Below are positions 30,073 through 39,003 of a DNA stretch of 45,701 bases, piece after piece. Location: sequence record SRR20825010_1331; one strand, given 5' to 3'. The notes beneath the pieces were generated by a model. It saw only the letters and a program-made list of their open reading frames with translations. It was not told where the DNA came from and searched no databases. The translations under genes were made by a program, and so were the position numbers. Positions within the stretch are counted from its first letter, which is position 1, and the number at the start of each line of letters is the position of its first letter.

Positions 30073-32199
30073 TCAGGTGTACAGGGCTGCAACGGCCCTG
30101 TTTCTTTGTCGGCTTTGCTTGAAGCGGATGATAGCCATAAGGCCATGACCAGCCAATAATCCTGCTGCCAGCAATAGCCAGAGCACATTGAGGAGCGCGT
30201 TGCCCGGGTTGTCGCGGTGACGGGTCAGGTCCAGGCTCAGCACGGCTGTCTCCCCATCAACCCGATAATCGGTCACCATGCCCCGGAGCTTGAAGGGTTG
30301 TCCGGCGGCGTTGTCGATCATGGCTGTCATCGCGTCAATGCTTGCCTGATAGGGCGAGGTGGTGTCGTCGGGCGTCAGGGTGTCGGGCACAGGGCCTTGC
30401 ACCAACCGGATCTGCACGCCGCCTTGCTGGCTGTTGGTAATGTCCCGGGCAATGTTGACGCCGCGTTCCATATCCAGCTCGTTGGCCAGCTGATTCAACC
30501 GCTGACGCAGGGCTTTGACGTGGGCTTCGCTGGTGATGGCGGTTACCGGGTCATCACTGCCTGCCTGCGTTTGTACGGCGTTTCTCAGTGAGGTCCATGT
30601 TTCCGGCTGGTGGTCGAGTGTGAAGATCAGTCGGGACAGCATGTGCAGGTGAATGCGCTCGCACTGGCTTTCGGCACTGCTGCTGGCGCCGCTTTGGCTG
30701 CAGGCCGAATCCAGCGTGTCGATAAGCTCAGGCAGGCGCCTGAGCATGACCGGTTTGCCATTGCGGTAGGTGTCCCAGCCTTGCATCGTTGCCATCAAAC
30801 TGAGGTAACTATCCGTGCGGGTTTGCAGCAGTGTCCGGTCACGCAGCTGGTGGATGATCTCTGGCTCTTCCAGGTGCTGTGACTGGGGTACGCTGCTGCC
30901 CCAGTGGATGCGTCTGCAGTCGAAGGTCGGGCGGTAGCCGTCTGTGGTCAGCGCGCATTGACCGCGCCCCTCGATACTCACCGGTGCGCCGATGGCGGGG
31001 GGCTGCTGGCGCACGGCGTTGGGGCTTTGCAGGGTGCTTTCCTGTGCGCCGCTGAGCAGCTGGCCGGTAAAGAGAAGATCGCGGGACAGTTCGGTGAGGC
31101 TGGCAAGCGGGAACAGCAAGGCGATAGCACCCACCAGAGCCAGGGTCAGGTGGCGCCCCCAGTACACAGGAGGGAAACGGCGAACTTCTTCGTCCAGTGA
31201 CATTCGGTTGCCGTAACTGACGACACTGTAATCATCTACGCGTACGGCCATTTCCTGGTTCTGGCCGTCCTCATACTCGATGAAGGGGCGCCAGTGCTCG
31301 GGCAACACAAAGCCGATGCTTTCGTTGAGCGTGACAGAGATCTGTACGTTGTTCTGTTCATCCACGGCCACCGGCGTCAGGCAAATCTGCCCGGAGACCT
31401 GATTCACTTTTTGCGGCTTGTCTGGCGATGGTTTACGGAAAAACCGGAACAGGGCGATGGCAACGAACAGCAGGCCGGTGGCCAGAAAGATTGATCCGAT
31501 GAGTGAGCTGTCGACCGCGGTGGTAATGCCCAGGCAGACAAAAGCCAGTATCCACAGAAAGGCGGGCAGCATGGCAAGGCCGCGCCCGCGCCGGGATTCG
31601 ATTTCCGCGTCGGTTTCATCGCGTTGTTCGCGAATGCGCAGAGTGCCTGCAGAGTCGTTTTCGCGGGTTTGCTCGTCTTCTTCAACCACGCGGGCCAGCT
31701 CACCGTGGTCGCCGCTTTCCCATTGTTGCTGTTTCTGCTCGCGGCGCTGGTTACGTTCTTCGCCGCCGGCCAGGGTGAAATCATCATTGAGTGCAACGAC
31801 GATGGCTTTTTTCTCGGCAAGCACGACCAGGGCATCGTTGTGCTCGCGGAGAAAATACTCGGCGTCATAAGGCAGCAAGACTTCCACGCCGCCGATGGTG
31901 TCATGCCAGACGGTATTGCCATTGGTGGTCAGCCCGTGGCGCAGGTAGGGGCCACTGAGGGCAAAAACCGCATTGCCGGTGAGTGTGCCCAGGGTCTTTT
32001 TCTCGGCCTCGGCGATGATCGTATCCACAAGGCGCAGCTCGGTCGGGTCCAGGTTGCGTTGGGGCGTGCCTTCCTGGCGGAAGGTCGTGAGACTTTTCAG
32101 TGAGGATTTCTTGCGGCCCTGATAGACAATTACGCTGTAGAGCGTGGAACCGAGCAGAAAGAGAATGAGCAGAATTTTCAGTATGGCAAGCGCTTCCAT
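30073..32199 (-). CDS. igaA: IgaA/UmoB family membrane protein
   Basis: 708 aa; 1+2+1+1 hydrophobic segments; LPEHWRPFI and SLDEEVRRFPPVYW motifs resembling enterobacterial IgaA; two Cys pairs in the periplasmic region. Confidence 0.75.
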   Translation of the reverse strand: MEALAILKILLILFLLGSTLYSVIVYQGRKKSSLKSLTTFRQEGTPQRNLDPTELRLVDTIIAEAEKKTLGTLTGNAVFALSGPYLRHGLTTNGNTVWHDTIGGVEVLLPYDAEYFLREHNDALVVLAEKKAIVVALNDDFTLAGGEERNQRREQKQQQWESGDHGELARVVEEDEQTRENDSAGTLRIREQRDETDAEIESRRGRGLAMLPAFLWILAFVCLGITTAVDSSLIGSIFLATGLLFVAIALFRFFRKPSPDKPQKVNQVSGQICLTPVAVDEQNNVQISVTLNESIGFVLPEHWRPFIEYEDGQNQEMAVRVDDYSVVSYGNRMSLDEEVRRFPPVYWGRHLTLALVGAIALLFPLASLTELSRDLLFTGQLLSGAQESTLQSPNAVRQQPPAIGAPVSIEGRGQCALTTDGYRPTFDCRRIHWGSSVPQSQHLEEPEIIHQLRDRTLLQTRTDSYLSLMATMQGWDTYRNGKPVMLRRLPELIDTLDSACSQSGASSSAESQCERIHLHMLSRLIFTLDHQPETWTSLRNAVQTQAGSDDPVTAITSEAHVKALRQRLNQLANELDMERGVNIARDITNSQQGGVQIRLVQGPVPDTLTPDDTTSPYQASIDAMTAMIDNAAGQPFKLRGMVTDYRVDGETAVLSLDLTRHRDNPGNALLNVLWLLLAAGLLAGHGLMAIIRFKQSRQRNRAVAALYT

Positions 32200-32314
32200 G
32201 GCAACCCCGTCCTGTGTGAAAAACGGGGAGAGTACGGATTGCCGTAGGGGCTGGCACCCGTTGCCGCTGAAAATTGGCCTGGCCTGTGAACAAGGTCACA
32301 GGCCAGGAAAGGAC

Positions 32315-33544
32315 TTAATCGATCACGGTGAAGGTCATGCCGGCGTTTTCCTGCAACCGTTTCAGTAACGGCTCGCCGAGCAGCGAGGCGGTGGTCCAGA
32401 AGCCGCCGGGGGCATCTTCCACCACATCCTGTGCCAAACAGGCGGCGGCCTGACCCAGCAACTTAGCGGTGGAGCCGTAGCCGGGGTCGGCATCACCGGT
32501 GACTTTCACTTTCAGGGTCTCCTGATTGTCGGTGTGGCCGACAAAGCGGATGTCGTAGAAGCCGGCTTTCTGCGCTTCCGGGCTGGGGCCTTCACCGGGC
32601 TGTGGCACCACGAATTTGTTCAGCGCCCAACGGGTGGGCTTGACCGCCGCAGCGGCAAAGAACAGCCCGGTGCCGGCACCGATCCCCAGTGCTTTCATGC
32701 GCCCGCCCATACCATCACCGGTGAGCATGGCTTCGTTATAGGTGAAGTGGTCGGTGTAGGCCTGGCCGGTTAAGGCGTTGGAGCGATGGACTACGCGGCT
32801 GTTGATGGCATCCATCACAAAGGGGCCGACCCAGGCGTTGAAGTCGTCATCGTAACTGGCAAGGCCAATGCTGGTCTGGCGGCTCTTGAAGCCGTGATCC
32901 GGTGGGCAAAGCAGGTAAGGGTTGGCGAGTTTCTTGCGCAATGCCGGGTCTTTGCCGGCTTCTTCCGCAATATTCATCATGCTGGCGACAGTGCCACCGG
33001 AAACGCCACCCTTGGCCACTTTGACGCGCATGCGCACGGTGCTGGCGGGTGCGTTGAAGCGTGCCTGGACTTGCTGCTGGAGAAAGTAGACGCCCATGTC
33101 GGAGGGAATGGAGTCAAAGCCGCAGCAATGCACGATGCGGGCGCCGTTCTTCTTGGCGGTGGCTTCGTATTGCTCAAGCATGTCGGCAATCCACTGGGCT
33201 TCACCGGTGAGATCACAGTAATCCGTGCCGCTGTTAACGCAGGCCTTGATCATCGGTTCGCCGTACAGTGCGTAAGGCCCCACCGTTGAAACCACCACGC
33301 GGGTCTGGGCGCACAGGGCGTCCAGGCTGTCGGCGTCGTTGGCATTGGCAGTGATCAGGGGCAGGGTGCTGGCGGCATCGCCCAGTGAGGCCTTTACCTG
33401 CTCCAGTTTATCCTGGGAGCGCCCGGCGGCGGCCCACTTCAATTCACCGTCAGTCCCGTAGGTGTCAAAGAGGTATTGGCAGAGAATCTGGCCAACGAAA
33501 CTGGTGGCACCGAAGACCACCACATCAAATTGTGAATCGCTCAT
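32315..33544 (-). CDS. Saccharopine dehydrogenase-like / trans-acting enoyl reductase family oxidoreductase
   Basis: FGATSFVG, TVGPYALYGE, YCDLTGE, CCGFDSIPSDMG, GDADPGYGST. Confidence 0.9.
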   Translation of the reverse strand: MSDSQFDVVVFGATSFVGQILCQYLFDTYGTDGELKWAAAGRSQDKLEQVKASLGDAASTLPLITANANDADSLDALCAQTRVVVSTVGPYALYGEPMIKACVNSGTDYCDLTGEAQWIADMLEQYEATAKKNGARIVHCCGFDSIPSDMGVYFLQQQVQARFNAPASTVRMRVKVAKGGVSGGTVASMMNIAEEAGKDPALRKKLANPYLLCPPDHGFKSRQTSIGLASYDDDFNAWVGPFVMDAINSRVVHRSNALTGQAYTDHFTYNEAMLTGDGMGGRMKALGIGAGTGLFFAAAAVKPTRWALNKFVVPQPGEGPSPEAQKAGFYDIRFVGHTDNQETLKVKVTGDADPGYGSTAKLLGQAAACLAQDVVEDAPGGFWTTASLLGEPLLKRLQENAGMTFTVID

Positions 33545-33829
33545 GGAGACTCCTTGAAGAATCAGCGAAATGGATCAGCGCAATGGAAAGTCTGACTGTG
33601 TCCGTATCCTAAGCTATCGGGGGGCGAATACGTAACCGGTGAGAGTGGTCGTGTGCAGGGTTTAATCGCGACATTGAGTAATGGGGCGATTCCAGCCCTG
33701 ATCACCGCTAGGCGAGGCATATCCTTGAAATAGGCACGGCAATAGCCACCGCCACTCAGGCTATGTGTTCTACCTCAGGCATCCGGAGCCGAGCGTTTGG
33801 CAAAGTGCGGAGCGTATTCGCGATAAGCC

Positions 33830-33871
33830 AAAAAAAGCCCTCCGGCTACAGGGGGGGGAGTTGCCGGAGGG
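33830..33871 (-). terminator. Intrinsic terminator of alkB
   Basis: CCCTCCGGC/GCCGGAGGG stem followed by T7 on the minus strand. Confidence 0.75.
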
Positions 33872-33877
33872 AGTCCT

Positions 33878-35299
33878 TCAGTGTTGCTTGAGGACGAAAT
33901 CGATCTTTTCCCGCACGGCACAGTCCGGGCAGGGCCAGTCATCAGGGATCTGTAACCAGCGGGTGCCAGCCGGGAACCCTTCTTTTTCATCGCCATGGCG
34001 TTCGTCATAGGTGTAGCCACAGTTGGGGCATTGAAACTGGTGAGTGGTTTCTATTTCTTGTTCCGCTTGCCGTGCCGCTTCAATGTCGCTCTGTTGGACG
34101 TCCGGTTCAGAATCCGCGCTACGATAACTCACCACCGGGCGTTGCCATTTTTCCAGTAGCGCCTCGCGCTTTGATGGCTGCAAGTTGGCCTGTGTCAGGT
34201 CGCCCTTGTAATGCTCAACCACCAATGGATCCATCTTCTGGTACCAGACAAAAGGCAGATAAGCGGGGATCAACATTGAGGCATAGCCCGAGGGGAGTTG
34301 TGGGCTGTCATCGAAATGGCGAAGAGCCTGAAAGCGCCGGGTTGGATTGGCGTGGTGATCGGAATGACGCTGCAGCTGATACAGAAAAAGGTTGGTGACG
34401 ATATGATTGCTGTTCCAGGAATGCCGGGGCTCACAGCGCTCGTATCGACCGTCAGGTTTTTTCTGCCGAAGTAGGCCGTAGTGTTCCATGTAATTAATCA
34501 CTTCCAGCAGGGATGCACCATAAAACGCCTGCAGAAGCAGAAACGGTAACACTGCCCAACCGAGCCACAGCGTTAATAGCCCGAACAGGGCAACAGTCAT
34601 CAGCCAGCTTTGCAGGTTTTCATTTTTCAGGGACCACAGTGGTTGATTGCAACGTTGCAAACGTTGCGCTTCAATTTGCCAGGCGGATTTCACGCTACCG
34701 ATCATGGTGCGCGGCAGAAACGCCCAGAATGATTCGCCCATCCGTGAGCTGGCCGGGTCCTCGGGGGTGGCCACGTTTTTGTGGTGCCCTTTGTTGTGCT
34801 CCACAAAAAAATGCCCGTAGGCCACCGGCGCCAATGTCACCTTGGCCAGCCAGCGCTCGACTCGGGTTTTCTTGTGGCCCAGTTCGTGGGCAGTATTGAT
34901 GGCAATGCCGTTCACCGCCCCCACACTGAACACCAGACCGACCAGGCCCCACAGTGGCACTCCTCCGCTGGCAACCAGCCAGGCGCCCAGGATAGTGGCC
35001 AGATACTGGGTCGGGATGTAGGCATAAACGATCAGCCGGTAATAGGTGTCGCTTTCCAGCTGTGGGACGGCAGATTCCGGTGGATTACTGGTGTCGGCCC
35101 CTACCACCCAGTCAGCAAAGGGAATCAGGCCGTACACGAGGAAAGGGCCGCCCCAGAGCAACCCGGGCCAGGGCCAGATAAAGAGATAAATGAGAAGAAA
35201 CGAAACAGCCAGCACGGGGATCGCCGGGCTGAGTAACCAGAGGTAACGTTTGCCGTCGTGCCAGTCAGGGAGTGCGGCGCTTTGATCTGTTGAAGCCAT
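33878..35299 (-). CDS. alkB: Alkane 1-monooxygenase with fused C-terminal rubredoxin domain
   Basis: His boxes HELGHK, EHNKGHH, NYMEHYGL, LQRHSDHHA, then a linker and CPNCGY...WPCPDCAVREK in the same frame. Confidence 0.95.
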   Translation of the reverse strand: MASTDQSAALPDWHDGKRYLWLLSPAIPVLAVSFLLIYLFIWPWPGLLWGGPFLVYGLIPFADWVVGADTSNPPESAVPQLESDTYYRLIVYAYIPTQYLATILGAWLVASGGVPLWGLVGLVFSVGAVNGIAINTAHELGHKKTRVERWLAKVTLAPVAYGHFFVEHNKGHHKNVATPEDPASSRMGESFWAFLPRTMIGSVKSAWQIEAQRLQRCNQPLWSLKNENLQSWLMTVALFGLLTLWLGWAVLPFLLLQAFYGASLLEVINYMEHYGLLRQKKPDGRYERCEPRHSWNSNHIVTNLFLYQLQRHSDHHANPTRRFQALRHFDDSPQLPSGYASMLIPAYLPFVWYQKMDPLVVEHYKGDLTQANLQPSKREALLEKWQRPVVSYRSADSEPDVQQSDIEAARQAEQEIETTHQFQCPNCGYTYDERHGDEKEGFPAGTRWLQIPDDWPCPDCAVREKIDFVLKQH

Positions 35300-35424
35300 G
35301 ATGTCACCTTTGTTCTGCTTTTTATTTAACGCTATACCTCTTGTGATGTTGGGCCAAGGGCTGGTTTGTATAGACTTGGCAACGGCCGGCGGGCAATAGT
35401 GAGTAACGGAAAAAACCGTGGGTC

Positions 35425-35865
35425 CTAGCCACAACACTTCTTGAATTTTTTTGCGCTGCCGCAGGGACATGGATCATTTCTTCCGGGTTTTAACGGGGTG
35501 CTGCTGGGCGTGCCGTCCAGATAAAACCAGTGGCCTTGTTCCCTGACGAAACGCGAACGTTCCTCCAATATTGTAAAGCCGTTGCGGTCTTTACTGGTCG
35601 CGCGAAAATGGACGGCTCCTGTGTCGCCGTTGGTTTCGCTGCTCATAATTTCCAGCGCCAGCCATTGCTCGTTGGGGTCCAGTGAGAGCGAGGCCGGGCG
35701 CTGGCTGTGGTGCCAGCTGGCAGACAGGTAATCGGTTTTGCCCAGAGCAAATGCGCAATAGCGAGAGCGCATTAACGCTTGCGGTGATGAGGCAGCGTGA
35801 CCCTGATGCAGGGGCTGGCAACATTGGGCGTAATTCAGCCCGGATTGGCAAAGGCAGGCAGTCAT
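35425..35865 (-). CDS. ychJ: YchJ family SEC-C motif protein
   Basis: CLCQSG..Y..CC, ALMRSRYCAF, ERSRF...WFYLDG, GRNDPCPCGSAKKFKKCCG. Confidence 0.9.
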   Translation of the reverse strand: MTACLCQSGLNYAQCCQPLHQGHAASSPQALMRSRYCAFALGKTDYLSASWHHSQRPASLSLDPNEQWLALEIMSSETNGDTGAVHFRATSKDRNGFTILEERSRFVREQGHWFYLDGTPSSTPLKPGRNDPCPCGSAKKFKKCCG

Positions 35866-36446
35866 GGTGTTTCTCCGGCAATGCAGTCGAATAGGGCCAG
35901 CAGGTCTTGGCGAAGTCGTTGATGATCATCATCGGAAGGGCTGTGTAGCACCAGGGTGTTCATGGCCCCATTGAGTAGCTGTGCCAGGCCTTCGGCGCTG
36001 CCGGTAAAGTGCAGGGTACCGCTGGCCATGGCTTCTTCAACGCCTGCGCGCAACAGGATGAAGCTGTAACGTCCGTCCAGGGCCTGCCAGCGGCTCAGGC
36101 CAAGCACTGTGGGCGCCTCGATCACCAGAATCCGCTGTACATCCTTCCTGACCATGAAATCCACCCAGGCCAGACTGCCGGCCTTCAGTGTCGCCAAGCT
36201 ACCCGGTTGGCCCGCCACGGCTTTCTCGATAGCGGCCATGGCTTCCTGGCTGAGCAGGTCACAGACCGCTTCAAACAGTTCGGCCTTGTTACGGAAATGG
36301 TGATACATGGCGCCCCGGGTGACGCCGGCGCCGGACAGAATGGACTCGGTGCTGGTGTCGGCATAGCCCTGTTCGGCAAACAGGTGGCGGGCGGCATTGA
36401 TCAGGCAGCCGCGGGTCTGGGCGCGGCGCTGTGCATTGGTGGCCAT
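35862..36446 (-). CDS. TetR family regulator
   Basis: AARHLFAEQGY...AGVTRGAMYHHFRNKAELF. Confidence 0.92.
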   Translation of the reverse strand: MATNAQRRAQTRGCLINAARHLFAEQGYADTSTESILSGAGVTRGAMYHHFRNKAELFEAVCDLLSQEAMAAIEKAVAGQPGSLATLKAGSLAWVDFMVRKDVQRILVIEAPTVLGLSRWQALDGRYSFILLRAGVEEAMASGTLHFTGSAEGLAQLLNGAMNTLVLHSPSDDDHQRLRQDLLALFDCIAGETP

Positions 36447-36462
36447 GGTTTCCCTCTTCTGG

Positions 36463-36520
36463 TTGACAAACAGACTAACAGTTTGTTTTTATTTTCTCAA
36501 AGCAGACTACCTGTCTGTTT
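36463..36520. promoter_or_regulatory. Two tandem palindromic operators (candidate TetR sites) overlapping a TTGACA -35
   Basis: AAACAGACTAACAGTTTGTTT (36468-36488) and AAGCAGACTACCTGTCTGTTT (36500-36520). Confidence 0.75.
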
Positions 36521-36538
36521 TTAACAAGGAGGTATCAA

Positions 36539-36958
36539 ATGAAAATCAGCGACCGCTATCCCATCGTGGTCACCGACCACAAGGTCGCCTGCCGGGATTT
36601 CTGGCAGCGGCATGTCGGGTTGGATGTGCTGTTCGACAGCGACTGGTTTGTGCTGCTGGGCAATGAGCAGCAGGGCAGCGTGGTGGCCTTCATGAGCCCG
36701 GATCACCCCTCGGCGCCGCCTGGGCCGGAGTGTTTCGGCGGGCAAGGTGTGTGCCTGGAGATTGAAGTGGACGACATCGTGCAAGCCCATCAGGACTTTA
36801 CCCGGGACGGCGGGCCGGTGGTGTACCCGCTTACCAGGGAGCCGTTCGGTCAACACCGCTTCGGGTTTCGAGACCCGTCCGGTTTGTGGGTGGATGTGGT
36901 CGAGCAGATTGCGCCACAGGACGGCTATTGGGACCGATACATGCAGACAGTGAATTAA
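36539..36958 (+). CDS. VOC (glyoxalase/bleomycin resistance) family protein
   Basis: LEIEVDD..., EPFGQHRFGFRDPSG; AAGGAGG RBS. Confidence 0.88.
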   Translation: MKISDRYPIVVTDHKVACRDFWQRHVGLDVLFDSDWFVLLGNEQQGSVVAFMSPDHPSAPPGPECFGGQGVCLEIEVDDIVQAHQDFTRDGGPVVYPLTREPFGQHRFGFRDPSGLWVDVVEQIAPQDGYWDRYMQTVN

Positions 36959-37518
36959 TCACAGGCACGTAGCAGATAGTGCTCGATGCGGAAGACATGT
37001 TCGTCGACCACGTCCAGTTGTCGTAGCGCCTCGGCCAGTTGCAGCAGGTACTCGGCGTTGCTGCCGCTGGGGCCATGGCTCGCCGCTATATGATCGGCAA
37101 TTTGCTGTTCACTAGCCTCGCCGAGAAAGGCGGCATTATCTGCGGTAGCGATATAAACCAGGCCCTGTTCATGCTGGTCATCAGCAAAGGTCAGTGGGGT
37201 GGTGACGCGCAGATAGCCGTTTTTCTCGCGGTGATCCAGATGCTCGAACACATCCGGCGTGATGCGGTAGGCCATGCCGGCACATACGGTGCCGGGGGCT
37301 TCAATCAAGGTGACCACCCGCCCCGGTTTATCCGGGGTGCCGCGATGATCGTGGGAGCCTTGCCAAAAGCGCCGGGCCCAGCCGGTAATCGACGCGGGGC
37401 GTCGCGCCAGATAGGGGAAGTCGGCCTTGTAGATCAGCGAGCCATATCCAAACAGCCATACCGGATGGTCCGGGTGCAGGTCGTGGCGGCGGCGATTTTC
37501 GTCGGCGGTGTCGAGCAT
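36955..37518 (-). CDS. chaC: ChaC-like gamma-glutamylcyclotransferase
   Basis: WLFGYGSLI, RRFWQGSHDHRGTPDKPGRVVTL, LDHREKNGY, GPSGSNAEYL. Confidence 0.9.
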   Translation of the reverse strand: MLDTADENRRRHDLHPDHPVWLFGYGSLIYKADFPYLARRPASITGWARRFWQGSHDHRGTPDKPGRVVTLIEAPGTVCAGMAYRITPDVFEHLDHREKNGYLRVTTPLTFADDQHEQGLVYIATADNAAFLGEASEQQIADHIAASHGPSGSNAEYLLQLAEALRQLDVVDEHVFRIEHYLLRACD

Positions 37519-37610
37519 GGCTAATCGTCCTGCTCCTTGATCCAGGTTCGTGGTTGTTGGCGTGTGGGCGTTATACTGCCGGCTCAGTATGACAGCCAGC
37601 CGGGGAAATA

Positions 37611-38240
37611 ATGAAAGATGTGCGCGAAGAATATCACGCTGAAGGGCTGACCCAGGTCTCCCTCCATGAGGATCCACTGGAGCAGGCGCGCCTCTGGGTG
37701 GATGAAGCCATTGAAGCCGGATTGCCGTTGCCCAATGCCATGACGCTTGCCACCGTGAGCGCTGACGGCCAGCCCTCTTCCCGGGTGGTGTTGCTTAAAG
37801 GTATCGAGGGTGGCGGCTTCACCTTCTTTACCCACTACGACAGCCGCAAAGGGGAAGAAATGGCGGCCAACCCCAAGGTGTCGTTCACCATGTTCTGGCA
37901 GCCTTTCGACCGCCAGATGATCGTTATCGGCGAAGCGCACAAAGTCGACCGTGAAGAGTCCGATAGCTATTTCGCCTCCCGCCCCTATGCCAGCCAGGTG
38001 AGCGCGGCCATTTCCCCCCAGAGTCAGCCTGCCAGCCGGGAGTGGCTGGAAGAGGAAGTGAAACGACTGGAACAGGAATTTCCTTCGGCGCCGGTGCCTT
38101 GTCCGGAGCAGTGGGGCGGCTACCGGATTATCCCCACCGAAATTCAGTTCTGGCATGGCCGCCCTAGTCGCCTGCATGACCGTTTTCGTTATACCCGGCA
38201 GGCGGATGGGCGTTGGATGCGGGAGCGACTGGCGCCGTAA
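37611..38240 (+). CDS. pdxH: Pyridoxine/pyridoxamine 5'-phosphate oxidase
   Basis: PNAMTLAT, PSSRVVLLK, YFASRP, FWHGRPSRLHDR, ERLAP. Confidence 0.96.
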   Translation: MKDVREEYHAEGLTQVSLHEDPLEQARLWVDEAIEAGLPLPNAMTLATVSADGQPSSRVVLLKGIEGGGFTFFTHYDSRKGEEMAANPKVSFTMFWQPFDRQMIVIGEAHKVDREESDSYFASRPYASQVSAAISPQSQPASREWLEEEVKRLEQEFPSAPVPCPEQWGGYRIIPTEIQFWHGRPSRLHDRFRYTRQADGRWMRERLAP

Positions 38241-38391
38241 CCTATGCTCGCAAGGCTTTTCAGGCCCTGTTGTTGTGCTCTCGGTGCGCCCCCATGAACG
38301 AGGTTTTACTCGCTGTATGCAAGGACTTGCCGTGGAAATAATTTTCACTGTCTTATAAGCTTATAACCAGGATCGGGATAAGGCAGTACCG

Positions 38392-39003
38392 TTGAAGATT
38401 TTGATTGTGGACGATCATCAGCTATTTGCTGATGCGCTAAGCATTACGCTCAAGCATGCCTATGCAGAGGCGAGTATTACCACTTGCGAGCAGCCAAAGT
38501 GGTTGCTGGATAATCGCCAATTATTACCAGAGTATGATCTCGTGATTCTTGATCAGGCCATGCCTGATCTGGATGGGCTTACCCTGTGGAGTTTGGTTGG
38601 CCGCTTGATGGGCGAGGCCAAAGTGCTGGTGTGTTCTGGCTCTGCCACAGAAACCACTGTGCACCGTGCCGTGCAGCTGAAGGTCAATGGCTTCGTGGAC
38701 AAAAGTGAATCGGTAGAACAAATTCTGTTTGCCATTCGTGAAGTCATGACTGGCCGTAGCTATTTTTCTGAATCCTTCCGGCTGATGGCCGGCTCTGCCC
38801 CGGAAGAAGCGCTCACCCTCACTCGTCAGCAACTTGCTATTCTGGCCATGCTTCAGGAAGGCCATGGCAACAAGGAAATCGCCCGCCAGCTGTTTGTCAG
38901 CGTGAACACCATCAAGACTCACCTGCGCCTGCTTTACGAAAAACTGGATGTGGCCAACCGCACAGCCTGTATCGAAAAAGCCCGTCAGATGGGGCTGCTT
39001 TAG
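38392..39003 (+). CDS. NarL/LuxR-family response regulator
   Basis: ILIVDDH, DLVILD..MP, GFVDK receiver; LTRQQ...GHGNKEIARQLFVSVNTIKTHL helix-turn-helix; TTG start. Confidence 0.92.
   Translation: MKILIVDDHQLFADALSITLKHAYAEASITTCEQPKWLLDNRQLLPEYDLVILDQAMPDLDGLTLWSLVGRLMGEAKVLVCSGSATETTVHRAVQLKVNGFVDKSESVEQILFAIREVMTGRSYFSESFRLMAGSAPEEALTLTRQQLAILAMLQEGHGNKEIARQLFVSVNTIKTHLRLLYEKLDVANRTACIEKARQMGLL

Noticed and set aside
33732-33746. Sigma-54-like AGGCACGGCAATAGC on the + strand
   Set aside because: It has GG-N10-GC spacing but mismatches at both elements, and there is no + strand gene downstream.
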